NCBI GenBank assembly: GCA_041659365.1
Contig: JBAZYH010000001.1
Span: forward strand, 37,590 to 101,589
Source of the DNA: Minisyncoccota bacterium
Lineage (GTDB): Bacteria > Patescibacteriota > Minisyncoccia > Phycocordibacterales > GWA1-40-21
Reading direction: 5' to 3'
DNA length: 64,000 nucleotides
The position numbers were made by a program, and so were the translations under genes. This document shows, in pieces, positions 38,595 through 49,295 of this stretch; positions within the stretch are counted from its first letter, which is position 1; every line of letters starts with the position of its first letter. Under the pieces are notes generated by a model. That model was not told the origin of the DNA. It saw only the letters and a list, made by a program, of their open reading frames with translations, and did not search any database.

Positions 38595-41500
38595 TTATTT
38601 TTCATCATTATCGTCACTCAAATCTTCATTCTTGAGTTCAACGTTAAGACCAAGACCTTTCATACTATTAAGTAATACAAGGAATGATGCTGGTAAGTTT
38701 GGTTGCTTTAATCTTTCTCCTTTAACTATAGAGTCAAACGCGGCTGATCTTCCTACAATATCATCTGATTTGATAGTGAGCATTTCTCTGAGTGTATAAG
38801 CAGCACCGTAACCCAATAGAGCCCACACCTCCATTTCTCCAAATCTCTGTCCTCCTCCTTGTGCTCTTCCTCCCAAAGGCTGTTGAGTAATCATTGAGTA
38901 AGGTCCGATAGATCTCATGTGTATCTTGTCTTCAACTTCATGGTGCAGTTTCAAGATATACATATATCCAACTGAAATATCTTGTTCAAAATGTTGACCA
39001 TTTCTTCCATCATAGAGTCTCATTTTACCTGATTCATTGTAACCTGATTTTTTAAGTTCTTCTTTTATTTCTTTTTCTGTAGCACCCATAAATGGTGGAA
39101 CAACAGCTTGGTAGTTTAAAGTATTTGCAGCAAGACCAAGGTGGAGCTCAAGAATCTGTCCTAAGTTCATACGAGAAGGAACACCAAGCGGTGTGAGGAT
39201 AAGATCTACAGGAGTACCATCTTCCATATAAGGCATATCTTCAACTGGTAATATTCTTGAGATAACTCCTTTGTTTCCGTGTCTTCCAGCAAGTTTGTCT
39301 CCAACAGAAATATTTCTAAGTTGAGCGATTTCTATATGTATTCTCTTTATTATACCTGATTCAAGCTTATCTCCATTTTCTCTTGAAAAGATTTTTACAG
39401 TAATAATTCTTCCTCTCTTTCCGCTTTCGAGTCTCTTTGATGTATCTTTTACATCTCTTGCTTTTTCTCCGAAAATTGATCTTAGGAGTCTCTCTTCTGG
39501 TGTAAGTTGTGTTTCTCCTTTTGGAGTAATCTTACCTACAAGTATATCTCCAGGAACAACTTCAGCACCAACTCTTATAATACCGTCTTCATCTAAGTTT
39601 TTAAGTTTTGATTCACCAACGTTTGGAATATCATGAGTTGTAACTTCAGGTCCAAGTTTTGTATCGCGAACATTTACAACAAATTCTTCAATGTGGATAG
39701 ATGAGAATTTACTGTTCTTTACCATTCTCTCTGAAATAATTATAGCGTCTTCATAGTTTGAACCGCTCCATGTCATGAAAGCAACAAGTGCATTTTGACC
39801 AATAGCCATTTCTCCGTTTACAGAAGAAGATGTATCAGCGAGTAAATCACCTTTCTTAACTTTCTGTCCAAGATCTACTGATGGTCTCTGATGGAAAGGA
39901 GTAAAACCGTTTGTTCTTGAAAAACTTACAAGTCTGTGCTCTTTTTCTTTTCCACTCTTTGTACCTTTTACAACAATTCTTCTAGCATCAACCGCAGTAA
40001 CAGTACCTTCTTCTTCTGAGAAAATAACTCTTCCTGTATATTTTGCTGCTGCTGCCTCAATACCTGTAGCAACTAAAGGTGCTTCCGCGACAACACAAGG
40101 AACTGCCTGCTTTTGCATGTTTGATCCCATCAATGCTCTGTTTGCATCATCGTGGTTTAGGAATGGAATCATAGATGTAGCAATAGAAAATGCTTGGTTT
40201 GCAGAAACATCTATGTAGTTAACTTCTTCTCTTTTAACAAGAGTTGGAATACCATTTACACGAACTTCAACCTCATCATCTGTGATCTTTCCTTTATCAT
40301 CATAATGAGTAGCACCGTGAGCAATCTTGAAACCTTCTTCTTCTAAAGCGTTAAAATATTTTACTTCATCTGTAACAACTCCTTTTATAACTTTTGCATA
40401 AGGAGTTTCAATCATTCCAAAATCATTAACTCTAGCATATGTTGAGAGTCTCAAAATAAGACCGATGTTCTGACCTTCAGGTGTGTGAATTGGACAAACT
40501 CTTCCATAGTGTGAAGGGTGAACGTCTCTAACTTCAAAACCAGCTCTTTCTCTTGTAAGTCCTCCAGGTCCTAGAGCAGATAATGTTCTCAAGTGTTCAA
40601 TTTCTTCGAGAATGTTTGTCTGTTGCATAAACTGAGACAATTGGTTTGTTGTAAAGAATTCTTTTATTCTAGCTTGTAGGGGTCTTGAAGAAACAAATTG
40701 TACAGGCATAGTAATATCAGGGTCTATAGTAGACATTCTATCCTGAATATTTCTTTTCATCTGTGCAATACCAACTCTGATTTTTGCTTGTAGTAATTCT
40801 CCAACGAATCTTATTCTTCTTGAACCCAAATGGTCGATATCATCTTCTACGGCTTCTGGATCATTGTTTAAAGCAACAATGTTTTTTACAATCACAACCA
40901 AATCATCAACAGTAATGTTTTTCTTTTCAAGAGACTCCTCATCCATAGGTTTATTAAATCTCTTGTTGAATTTAAATCTTCCAACTCTTGAAATATCGTA
41001 TCTCTCTTTATTGAAAATAGAATCCACAAAACCTTTTGCGTTTTCTGCAGAAGCTAGATCTCCGTCTCTAAGTCTTTTATATATTTCAAGGAATGAATCA
41101 TCCTGAGTTTTTGCATGATCCTTAAGTATAGTAGTTTCTATAACCTTAAGAGCTTCTTCATCATCTTTAAATAATTCCAAAATTTCTTTTTCTGTCTTTA
41201 TACCCAAAACTCTCAAAAGAGAAGAAATCGCGAACTTTCTCTTTTTATCAATTTTTACGTATATAGCACCGTCAGACTCAGATTCTATTTCAATCCAAGC
41301 ACCTCTTGCAGGAATAACTTTTGCACCGAAGAAATTCTTTCCTTTTGAATCATTCAATGTAAAGAAAATACCGTATGATCTTGCAAGCTGAGGAACAACA
41401 ACTCTTTCAATACCATTGATAATGAAAGTACCGTGATCTGTCATTAGAGGAATTTCTGAAAGGAAAATCTCTTGCTCTTTTGTTGTACCAAGAGTTTTAT

Positions 41501-41843
41501 TTACCAACTTTACTTTAGCTTTAAACTGACCCTCAAAAGAAATTTTCTTTTCTTTAGAATAAAATTCGTCGTACTTTGGAGCTGCAACTTCTAGACCAGT
41601 AAAAGACAATTCAAACTTTTTGTCTGCATAATCCTTTATTGGAGAAAATTCTTTCAAAACATCTCCTATACCTTCACTGAGAAGCCATCTGTAAGACTTC
41701 ATCTGGTGATCCACTAGATTAGGAATGTCGATAAGAGGTTTCTTGAATTTATTGAAATACTTTTTTTCAAGTTTTCCTCCCAACACTCCGTCTATCAAAA
41801 CATTTGCGGGTTTTTTCATCATTGCTCTGTTTATAGTTAACAA
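38595..41843 (-). CDS. rpoB: DNA-directed RNA polymerase subunit beta
   Basis: Full-length 1082 aa with conserved beta-subunit blocks (GEMEVWALLGYGAAYTLREMLTIKSDD; rifampicin-region-like QLSQFMQQTN). Confidence 0.95.
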   Translation of the reverse strand: MLTINRAMMKKPANVLIDGVLGGKLEKKYFNKFKKPLIDIPNLVDHQMKSYRWLLSEGIGDVLKEFSPIKDYADKKFELSFTGLEVAAPKYDEFYSKEKKISFEGQFKAKVKLVNKTLGTTKEQEIFLSEIPLMTDHGTFIINGIERVVVPQLARSYGIFFTLNDSKGKNFFGAKVIPARGAWIEIESESDGAIYVKIDKKRKFAISSLLRVLGIKTEKEILELFKDDEEALKVIETTILKDHAKTQDDSFLEIYKRLRDGDLASAENAKGFVDSIFNKERYDISRVGRFKFNKRFNKPMDEESLEKKNITVDDLVVIVKNIVALNNDPEAVEDDIDHLGSRRIRFVGELLQAKIRVGIAQMKRNIQDRMSTIDPDITMPVQFVSSRPLQARIKEFFTTNQLSQFMQQTNILEEIEHLRTLSALGPGGLTRERAGFEVRDVHPSHYGRVCPIHTPEGQNIGLILRLSTYARVNDFGMIETPYAKVIKGVVTDEVKYFNALEEEGFKIAHGATHYDDKGKITDDEVEVRVNGIPTLVKREEVNYIDVSANQAFSIATSMIPFLNHDDANRALMGSNMQKQAVPCVVAEAPLVATGIEAAAAKYTGRVIFSEEEGTVTAVDARRIVVKGTKSGKEKEHRLVSFSRTNGFTPFHQRPSVDLGQKVKKGDLLADTSSSVNGEMAIGQNALVAFMTWSGSNYEDAIIISERMVKNSKFSSIHIEEFVVNVRDTKLGPEVTTHDIPNVGESKLKNLDEDGIIRVGAEVVPGDILVGKITPKGETQLTPEERLLRSIFGEKARDVKDTSKRLESGKRGRIITVKIFSRENGDKLESGIIKRIHIEIAQLRNISVGDKLAGRHGNKGVISRILPVEDMPYMEDGTPVDLILTPLGVPSRMNLGQILELHLGLAANTLNYQAVVPPFMGATEKEIKEELKKSGYNESGKMRLYDGRNGQHFEQDISVGYMYILKLHHEVEDKIHMRSIGPYSMITQQPLGGRAQGGGQRFGEMEVWALLGYGAAYTLREMLTIKSDDIVGRSAAFDSIVKGERLKQPNLPASFLVLLNSMKGLGLNVELKNEDLSDDNDEK

Positions 41844-42117
41844 ACATTAATAAAGCTAATAAAACAGCCAAATGTTGGTTTTCCCACTGAGAAAAATAAG
41901 TACGATTTTGAGAATAAATTCTCATAAAACTAAAATACAGAAAAAAAGACACCTCTTCCTTTTAAGGTTTCTTTTTCCTCTTTTTTAGTTTTATCTTATT
42001 TTTCTAAGCAAGATATTTTTCCAACTTAATCTGGCCTATACATTTGGCGCTTTACGCCTGCAACTCATTCATATTTAAAGCTAAAGATAGTATATATTAA
42101 TTAATAAAAAAAGTAAA

Positions 42118-42374
42118 GGCTCGCTCGCAGAACTTTTCTAAAGCACGATATAAATTTTTTCGTCAAAAAATTTATTCTCTACTCAGGTAATTTTTTGCTA
42201 AAAATTACCTTCCGTAAGGCTTTTAAAAAGCTCAGCTTCGCTCGCTATTGTGAATTCAATATCCTTGTGAGGTGAGTATTTTTAGTATTGTATTTGTATT
42301 GTCATTCCTGCGTAGGCAGGAATCCAGTATTATCGTATTTGTGTCATTACGAGCAAGGCGTAGTAATCCAGGTT
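42118..42374. repeat. repeat-rich leader upstream of rpoB: about 120-bp repeat (copy of 16431-16551) followed by two short palindromic elements
   Basis: ggctcgctcgcagaacttttctaaagcacgatataaa...ttccgtaaggcttttaaaaagctcagcttcgctcgc (42118-42246); ttgtcattcctgcgtaggcaggaatccagtatt (42299-42331); tgtcattacgagcaaggcgtagtaatccaggtt (42342-42374). Confidence 0.55.
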
Positions 42375-42508
42375 AATTGAATTTCCCCTTATTTATAGAC
42401 ATATTTATGAATTTATACAAAATCATTGACAAATATAGTAATAGGGTGTATAATAGGATGTAGGAAGTAAATCAACCCCAGTAAGGTGATTTTGAAAAGG
42501 AGGGTTTT

Positions 42509-42910
42509 ATGAAAAACTGGATGCTCGGTGCACTAATGATGGGATTAGGGTTTTTACTCTTTGTTTCCGTCTGTACACGTACACTAGGTCCCTGTAATAA
42601 AAAATCAGAGACCCAGACCAAAACCGAAATCGAGGAGGTTGTCGCAACTACCTTGGGTTGGAGGGAAATCAAATCCCTGCCAGTCCCTGTTGTGACTACC
42701 AACGCGAGCATTTATACTTATGTCAGTCAGCTGAAATTCGGATTCGGTGATGGGCCGATTCACACTGCACTGATTACCAAAGTAGTGACTTTTAAGTACT
42801 GGAAAATCGGTGACGAAGTTCTCGTCGTAATGGTTCCAGGAACAGTCGGCAACATTCCGACACCAACCTTCATCGTGATCGATTATCGTCCACAGGAACA
42901 GAAGAAATAA
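42509..42910 (+). CDS. putative lipoprotein, hypothetical; strongly GC-rich (about 47%) relative to genome
   Basis: Strong RBS aaaaggagggtttt-ATG; signal peptide with lipobox-like FVSVC; followed by terminator agcacctagcgaaagcgggtgct plus T-run (42947-42978). Confidence 0.5.
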   Translation: MKNWMLGALMMGLGFLLFVSVCTRTLGPCNKKSETQTKTEIEEVVATTLGWREIKSLPVPVVTTNASIYTYVSQLKFGFGDGPIHTALITKVVTFKYWKIGDEVLVVMVPGTVGNIPTPTFIVIDYRPQEQKK

Positions 42911-42981
42911 TCCTGTAGTTCGATGAACACAATCACAAACAGCAGCACCTAGCGAAAGCGGGTGCTGTTTTCTTTTTCCCC

Positions 42982-43020
42982 GTCATTGCGAGAAGGTAAT
43001 CCGACGTCGCAATCCAGGTT
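42982..43020. repeat. short palindromic repeat element
   Basis: gtcattgcgagaaggtaatccgacgtcgcaatccaggtt. Confidence 0.55.
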
Positions 43021-43023
43021 AAT

Positions 43024-43605
43024 TTACAAAAACTTCTTAATCTTAAAATCTTCAAACAACTGTAACCCTTTAATCTGTTCTGGAGTTATTTTAGTAGAGT
43101 CATATTTAATATCAAAAGTATCAGGGTCATAAAAAGTCACATCACTTACCCCAGCTTTTTTAAGCTCATAAACTATAAGTGGTGCATGCCCTGTACATGG
43201 TATATCTATCTGAACTTTTAATTCACTCAAGTCACTAGCGAGTACAAAATTTGCTCCACTTTTTATATTTGTCATCCAAGGGAACACAACATAAAAAAGT
43301 AAAACATTTACAAGTATCATACTAGAAAAAAGAATCGATATATGTCTGACTTTATTTGTACAACATTGTTTCTTAAAATAAAAATATGAATATACAGAAG
43401 CAATAATAAAAGAGAGAATTACTGAAGCAGGAAAAATCCATTTACTAGATAAAAAGTTTTTTAAAAAAGCTGTTCCAAAACCAACCCCAGTGATCATAAG
43501 TATTGCAAAAGCAATACACCCTATATGAGGAATAATTGAAAGTAAAATCCCCTTTCCTATACCAGAACCAATATTATTTTTTTGTTTGTTTTGCTCTTTT
43601 TGCAT
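43024..43605 (-). CDS. hypothetical membrane protein (4 TM) with C-terminal soluble domain
   Basis: Hydrophobic helices; C-terminal IDIPCTGHAPLIVYELKKAGVSDVTFYDP domain; no family recognised. Confidence 0.45.
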   Translation of the reverse strand: MQKEQNKQKNNIGSGIGKGILLSIIPHIGCIAFAILMITGVGFGTAFLKNFLSSKWIFPASVILSFIIASVYSYFYFKKQCCTNKVRHISILFSSMILVNVLLFYVVFPWMTNIKSGANFVLASDLSELKVQIDIPCTGHAPLIVYELKKAGVSDVTFYDPDTFDIKYDSTKITPEQIKGLQLFEDFKIKKFL

Positions 43606-43646
43606 TACTAAATAATTATAACATATAAAATAATGAAATATTTTTT

Positions 43647-43717
43647 TGTCATTGCGAGGTAGTCCGTCGCAATCCAGGTTTTATAAATTCTGGATTCCCG
43701 TCTACACGGGAATGACA
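43647..43717. repeat. two short palindromic repeat elements
   Basis: tgtcattgcgaggtagtccgtcgcaatccaggtt (43647-43680; identical to 13121-13154); ctggattcccgtctacacgggaatgaca (43690-43717). Confidence 0.6.
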
Positions 43718-43747
43718 ATACAAAAATCAAGGTTAAACCTTAGTTTT

Positions 43748-44830
43748 TTATTCAACCCTAAAATTCACCCTTCCTATCACCTTTCCTTTCAAGGTTAAAA
43801 TATTAACTCTCCACTCACCTAAAGAAACGCTGTATTTTTCTGAATATGTCCTGTAACCATCATCTCTACCACCGACAATCGAAAGATTAACCCTACCCGA
43901 AGTAATCCATTCTTTTTTAATTTCGTCATAATACTGCCACTCGTGTATTATCTTTGTATCAAATTTTGTCGGAGAAAAAATCGAAGTAAAAACATACGTA
44001 GGCTCACCTTCTATTTTATGATAGATCTCATAAACTCTAAAATAATCTCTCCAGGTTTTCATCTCTCCTTTTAAAATATATTCACCATTTTTATCCTTAC
44101 TAACAAAGCGGTAAACCCCCGCATCTTTCAAAGCAAGAGGTATTGGAGGAATAATATTTCCAAAATACATTCCATTCATTATTATAAAAGTTCCTAAAAT
44201 ACTATAGATTAGTCCTCTCTTACTTTTAACAAACTTTTCCTTTGCAAAAATTATAAGTATCTTAGCTATCAACCAAATAAAAAATAAACTTAATATTCCA
44301 CTATAAATAAAAACGTCATCTCCAATTCTTCCAAAAAATACTGGTAATAAATAAATCAAAAACATATATACAGAAAGAAACAAAGTAACTAGTTGTAATG
44401 TAAGTTTAGAATAATGTTTTACCCAAATTTCATTACCTATTAGTAGAGCAAATATTATCAAAATAAAAGGCCAACTCAAAAATAAGGTAGAACTTCTAAA
44501 ATAAAAAACTATATAAGTACTAAATAAATTACCAAAAGCAAACTGTATAATAAAGGTCAGCCAAAAATCTATATCGTTACCATATTCACTTTTAATTTTT
44601 CCTGCCTTAACTTTGTTATCTAAATAATGTAAAAATATAATTCCAAATACAGCTATAAATAACTGTATTAATATCCAAAGATTATTCGTAAGATTATCTA
44701 CCCTAGTTAAAGTAAGTGGTGTTATTATTAAACCAAGAATAAGACCAGAAGATGAAAAAAATCTACTATACTTTTCAAAAAGTTTTATTAGGTTTCCTAT
44801 TATTTTTTTTAATTTAATTATAAAATTCAT
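43748..44830 (-). CDS. hypothetical polytopic membrane protein (about 8 TM) with C-terminal beta-rich domain
   Basis: Multiple hydrophobic helices; C-terminal about 100-aa soluble domain; no family recognised. Confidence 0.5.
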   Translation of the reverse strand: MNFIIKLKKIIGNLIKLFEKYSRFFSSSGLILGLIITPLTLTRVDNLTNNLWILIQLFIAVFGIIFLHYLDNKVKAGKIKSEYGNDIDFWLTFIIQFAFGNLFSTYIVFYFRSSTLFLSWPFILIIFALLIGNEIWVKHYSKLTLQLVTLFLSVYMFLIYLLPVFFGRIGDDVFIYSGILSLFFIWLIAKILIIFAKEKFVKSKRGLIYSILGTFIIMNGMYFGNIIPPIPLALKDAGVYRFVSKDKNGEYILKGEMKTWRDYFRVYEIYHKIEGEPTYVFTSIFSPTKFDTKIIHEWQYYDEIKKEWITSGRVNLSIVGGRDDGYRTYSEKYSVSLGEWRVNILTLKGKVIGRVNFRVE

Positions 44831-44877
44831 TTTTAAAATATGTAATCATAGAAAAAAATTAGTATTTGCTTTGTATT

Positions 44878-44956
44878 GTGTCATCCTCGCGTATGCGGGG
44901 ATCCAGTATTTGAATTATTTTAAAAATCCTGGATTCCCGTCTGCACGGGAATGACA
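44878..44956. repeat. two short palindromic repeat elements
   Basis: tgtgtcatcctcgcgtatgcggggatccagtatt (44878-44910); cctggattcccgtctgcacgggaatgaca (44928-44956). Confidence 0.55.
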
Positions 44957-44975
44957 TACAAATAGAAAAATTAAT

Positions 44976-45494
44976 TTACATTTTTCTAGAATCATATGCC
45001 CAGTGTAATAATGTCTGCCTTTGTTTTGTTCTACAATAAATATCTTTTACCCTACAATTATTCCTTATTTGTCCAACATGTCTTCTCATCTTTTTCCATC
45101 TAGAGATTTGTTTTCTGTCTTCGTCTTGTAGCCTCCTTCCCATATAATACCGACAATACCACTGAAACCATCCTCTAGGGTCACATTCATTATTTATCCA
45201 ACCTTTCCTTCTCCAAACCAACAAAGATTGACTAGCATTTACTCCAAAATAATTTAATTTAGGGTCATGCACATCGTGACAAAGTTTTGCTTTTTTAAAC
45301 CAATCTTTTGGAAATTCCTTTTGACAATCTGTCATATATTTTCCACCAAAAACTCCAAGCTCAAGCATTTCATTAGGAGATAAATCTGGTTTAAAATCTT
45401 TATCAAAATTCTTCCCTACCGGTTCAGTAAGTTCGTACTTATAATTTTCCTGCATTAAATCATTTACTAAAATCTTTTTCATCTTTAAAAACAA
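44976..45494 (-). CDS. conserved-looking hypothetical protein, Trp/Cys/Arg-rich
   Basis: 172 aa; motifs GWFQWYCRYYMGRR, RQTLLHWAYD. Overlaps the M29 gene's 3' end by 10 nt, so operonic. Family not recognised. Confidence 0.5.
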   Translation of the reverse strand: MFLKMKKILVNDLMQENYKYELTEPVGKNFDKDFKPDLSPNEMLELGVFGGKYMTDCQKEFPKDWFKKAKLCHDVHDPKLNYFGVNASQSLLVWRRKGWINNECDPRGWFQWYCRYYMGRRLQDEDRKQISRWKKMRRHVGQIRNNCRVKDIYCRTKQRQTLLHWAYDSRKM

Positions 45495-46756
45495 TACTGT
45501 CCATTTTCAAATATTATTTTTTCTTTTCCATCTTTCAAATAAGCAGTGATTTTTCTATCAGTTGTACTAATAATATCATTATGTACAGAAGAATTATTAT
45601 AACCAAGTTTTTCCCAAGTATTTTTTGAAACTTTATCTGGATTTCCTATATAACAATCGTGATATGAATTACCAATAGCAATATGCGTATTACCATATTT
45701 ACCACCAAAATTTTCATCATATAAGGTATTCGCCATAAACTTTGTTATCCTTGAAAATCTTTTATCGGTCATAGAAAATTCTCCGATTTTATTTGCTCCT
45801 TCAGTAGCAATAATCTCTTTTAGAAGTTTTTCATTCTTTTCCGCCTTACTTTTTATAATAATACCATCTTTAAATTCGAGTTCTATACCTTCAATAAAAT
45901 TCCCAAAAGCATAAAGCGGCTGATTAAATTTAACATGACCATTTGTACCCCTCCAATCTGGAGAAGTAAAAATCTCAAAACTCGGGATATTTCTTCCACT
46001 ACCACCAACCCATTTTCTCTTATCACCTATCTTAATCCATAAGTCTGTACTCTCACTTTCAATATGAACTTGATCAATATCCATATTGTTTAATTTCTCC
46101 TTATAAATCTCCATTTCATCATAAACAGATTTCCATTTTGCAACAGGGTCTTTCTCATCTAAGAAACATGATTTAATTATTTGATTCCAATATTCCTTAA
46201 AAGTCATTCTAGACTCCTTAGCAATCTCCTCAGTAGCATAAGTACCCAAAGTCCAAGTAAATTTTCCTGCATTTTCTTTTTTGTCTCTCCACTCTCTCCA
46301 TGGTTTAAAAATCTTACTTCTAGACATTATTTTTTTGGAATCTATTTTTTGTAATGATCTTAAGTTAGTTTCACTATCAATAAAAATAGAATGATCAACT
46401 TGATTGAGCAAACCTTTCATATAAGAAGCTGGAAAAAATTCTACTTGATGGTCTTCAGAATACAAATAAAAATCTTGATCGACGTTATAATCTTTATCAT
46501 TTGAAGGACGGTAATCAGATATAACATGTCCACCAGCTTTCCATATAGCCCTTCTTATCTCTATATACAAAGGTTTAGCAACTTCCTGTACTATAAGTTG
46601 AACTACCTCGCCCTTTTTAATTCCAGCTCCACTACCCAAAGCAAAATTTACTAATACATTTGCATAATTTTCTAAAATTCTTTTTGACGGGCAGTAAACT
46701 TTTTTCATGTGATTTTGTATTTTTGAAAAAATGAGGTGATGATCTTGCAAGATCAT
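45485..46756 (-). CDS. aminopeptidase, M29 (AmpS/aminopeptidase T) family
   Basis: N-terminal ILENYANVLVNFALGSGAGIKKGEVVQL and downstream HIAIG/metal-ligand blocks resemble M29 aminopeptidases. Judged by eye. Confidence 0.65.
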   Translation of the reverse strand: MILQDHHLIFSKIQNHMKKVYCPSKRILENYANVLVNFALGSGAGIKKGEVVQLIVQEVAKPLYIEIRRAIWKAGGHVISDYRPSNDKDYNVDQDFYLYSEDHQVEFFPASYMKGLLNQVDHSIFIDSETNLRSLQKIDSKKIMSRSKIFKPWREWRDKKENAGKFTWTLGTYATEEIAKESRMTFKEYWNQIIKSCFLDEKDPVAKWKSVYDEMEIYKEKLNNMDIDQVHIESESTDLWIKIGDKRKWVGGSGRNIPSFEIFTSPDWRGTNGHVKFNQPLYAFGNFIEGIELEFKDGIIIKSKAEKNEKLLKEIIATEGANKIGEFSMTDKRFSRITKFMANTLYDENFGGKYGNTHIAIGNSYHDCYIGNPDKVSKNTWEKLGYNNSSVHNDIISTTDRKITAYLKDGKEKIIFENGQYCF

Positions 46757-46804
46757 GTCGCGTAGTGTCCGTTGAAACGCGACGCAAACTAATAGAAAAC
46801 TTCC
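46752..46804 (-). promoter_or_regulatory. conserved leader hairpin abutting the M29 start codon (second copy at 58091-58142)
   Basis: mRNA sense: GGAAGTTTTCTATTAGTTTGCGTCGCGTTTCAACGGACACTACGCGAC-ATG. Stem GTCGCGT/ACGCGAC here; GTCGCGC/GCGCGAC in the other copy, a compensatory pair. Confidence 0.45.
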
Positions 46805-46843
46805 TTAAATCTTAAAAAGGTGTCTCCTCATTTTTTCTTCTCT

Positions 46844-47590
46844 CTACTTCTTTATAAATCCCTCAAGAGCTTTCAACGCTTCAACAGGAACCATATATAC
46901 AACAGTATTAGACTGGTCTGAAGACATATCATTTATAGACTGAAGAGTTCTCAAATGAAGAGCACCTGGTGTAGCAGCAAGCATCGCAGCTGCTTTTGAA
47001 ATATTTTCAGATGCAGCAAGCTCTCCTTCAGAATTAATAATAACGGCTCTCTTTTCTCTTTCTGCTTCTGCTTGTTTACCAATAGTTCTTTCCATTTCAG
47101 CAGGAAGACTTACATCTTTAAGCTCAACGTTCTGAACCTTCAAACCCCAGGCATCTGTTTCTTTGTCTACAATTTCTCTTATTCTGTCAGCAATCTTATC
47201 CCTACTTGAAAGAAGTTCATCGAGAGTAACCTCACCCACAATATTTCTCATCGTTGTCTGAGCGTATTGTGATATTGCGTATCTAAAATCCTCAACCTCA
47301 ATAATTGCCTTGTTTGCATCAGAAACTTTATAATAAATAACAGCATTAACTTTTACAGAAACATTGTCTCTTGTAATAGCATTCTGATCTGGAACATCTA
47401 CGGCTTTTATTCTAACATCTACCTTTTGATAACTTTGAAAAATAGGCAAAACAATTCTCCACCCAGGCTCCATAATTCCCGAAAACTTTCCTATTGTAAA
47501 TCTTACACCTCTTTCATATTGATTAATCTGTTTAATAGAAATCAATAATACAAAACCAACAAAAAATAATAAATCCCAAAAAATATTCAT
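46844..47590 (-). CDS. SPFH/band-7 (stomatin/prohibitin-like) membrane protein
   Basis: N-terminal TM; SPFH core YERGVRFTIGKF...VDVPDQNAITRDNVSVKVNAVIYYKV; C-terminal coiled coil. Confidence 0.8.
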   Translation of the reverse strand: MNIFWDLLFFVGFVLLISIKQINQYERGVRFTIGKFSGIMEPGWRIVLPIFQSYQKVDVRIKAVDVPDQNAITRDNVSVKVNAVIYYKVSDANKAIIEVEDFRYAISQYAQTTMRNIVGEVTLDELLSSRDKIADRIREIVDKETDAWGLKVQNVELKDVSLPAEMERTIGKQAEAEREKRAVIINSEGELAASENISKAAAMLAATPGALHLRTLQSINDMSSDQSNTVVYMVPVEALKALEGFIKK

Positions 47591-48012
47591 AATATTATTA
47601 TTAAATTAACTTATAATACATTGATTATATCATATGGGATTTCATTACAAATTTAAATTAAGTCTATTTACATAATCATCATTAAACGGCTTAAAATATA
47701 ACTATAAAAAGTTATCCACAACATATGTTTGACGCTAATGCAAAATGTTGTCATCATATAAATATGCATATTAAAAGATATTGCGAATTAAATAGAAATT
47801 ACATGCCGATCTCTCACGTCGGTCTCTTTAGTATTTATACCTCAGATAAAATGTTCAATATTTCGTTTAGCCGCGATATTTTTAAAAGGTCACGCAGATC
47901 TTAAAAAATAAATCTCTTTCTTAATTAGAAAAATCTCGGCTGAGCAAAAGTCGAGATTTTTGTTTGGCATTGTTCTTTAAACTGTTCCTTAACAACTCAA
48001 AAAAGGTGGTAA

Positions 48013-49203
48013 ATGATGAAAAAGTCAGTCGTAGTATGTTATTTATCTATTCTTTCCCTCTTCACTATGGGGATAGGATTTCACGCAGGAATTTACTCAA
48101 ACTTCTTGCGTTCTGCCGGACTAGATGAACTTCAAATAAATCTAGTAAATGTGTTCTTCTTCGTGACACTGTTTCTGTTTGAAATTCCAACAGGTATCTT
48201 TGCAGATGTGTATGGTCGTAAGAAATCTTTCTTGATTTCTTGTTCCCTACTTTCTGTATCAATGCTTGTGTATTCTTTCTCAGAAACGTTCTGGGGTTTC
48301 TCTTTTGCAGAAACCATCGCAGCAATAGGTATAACTTTCTACAGCGGTGCTTTCCAAGCATGGTTTGTAGATAGTTTAAAACACCATGGATATGGAGGAA
48401 AATTAAACAAAGTATTTGCATGGGAGAGCACGACAAGATCACTTTCTTGTATAGCAAGTGCGATTGTTGGTGGATACCTTGCAGATATTTCATATTCCCT
48501 ATCATGGCTCGCTGGAGGAATATTCTATATCATTACACTCGTGATTTCAGCAGTTGTAATGAAAGAAGAATACTTCAAACATAAGCACCACTCACTTGGA
48601 GAAGCTCTAAGTGTAATGAAGTTAACAGCAATTGGGAGTATTCGTTTCACTCGTAGAAATAAAGCATTTCGTTTTGTCGTCATTATCGGCACAATACAAA
48701 TGTTTTGTTTTATGGCTCCCAATATGCAATGGCAAAAAATATTCATTGATAAAGTAAATTTGAATGTCTATATGGGGATTGTTATGGCATTCATACAAAT
48801 CATGGTCATTATTGGTAGTCAAATATCTAGGAAAAATATTTTTAATTTTTCTACAAACGAGAAAGTAGGTATGGCAATAAGCCAACTAATAATCGGTATC
48901 GGAATAACATTCACAGTCATATTTCAAAGTTTTCCGATAACAATAGTATTTTTCTTGATGCACGAGGTCGGAAGAGGTATGTTTGGACCAATCAAAAGTA
49001 GCTATCTTCAGGAAAATATTCCTTCGAAGAAAAGGGCTACTATTGGTTCATTTGAGTCAATGTATACACATATCGGTGGGGCTTTAGGACTTGTCGCGTC
49101 TGGTTGGATTGCTAAAGATATTGGTATTCCGGCAGCATGGATCATGTCTGGCTTAATCTTAATAGTTATGAGTATCTTTGTGTTTGTTAAAAACAAAAAA
49201 TAA
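48013..49203 (+). CDS. MFS transporter
   Basis: 12 predicted TM helices; MFS signature GIFADVYGRKKSF in loop 2-3. RBS aaaaaggtgg. Confidence 0.8.
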   Translation: MMKKSVVVCYLSILSLFTMGIGFHAGIYSNFLRSAGLDELQINLVNVFFFVTLFLFEIPTGIFADVYGRKKSFLISCSLLSVSMLVYSFSETFWGFSFAETIAAIGITFYSGAFQAWFVDSLKHHGYGGKLNKVFAWESTTRSLSCIASAIVGGYLADISYSLSWLAGGIFYIITLVISAVVMKEEYFKHKHHSLGEALSVMKLTAIGSIRFTRRNKAFRFVVIIGTIQMFCFMAPNMQWQKIFIDKVNLNVYMGIVMAFIQIMVIIGSQISRKNIFNFSTNEKVGMAISQLIIGIGITFTVIFQSFPITIVFFLMHEVGRGMFGPIKSSYLQENIPSKKRATIGSFESMYTHIGGALGLVASGWIAKDIGIPAAWIMSGLILIVMSIFVFVKNKK

Positions 49204-49295
49204 TATATGAACTCGAATAAATATATAAACAAATCGGTCAGTTTTTTCTTTTTAGAAAAAACTGACCGATTTTTGTCTGTTTATATTTTATCCCC

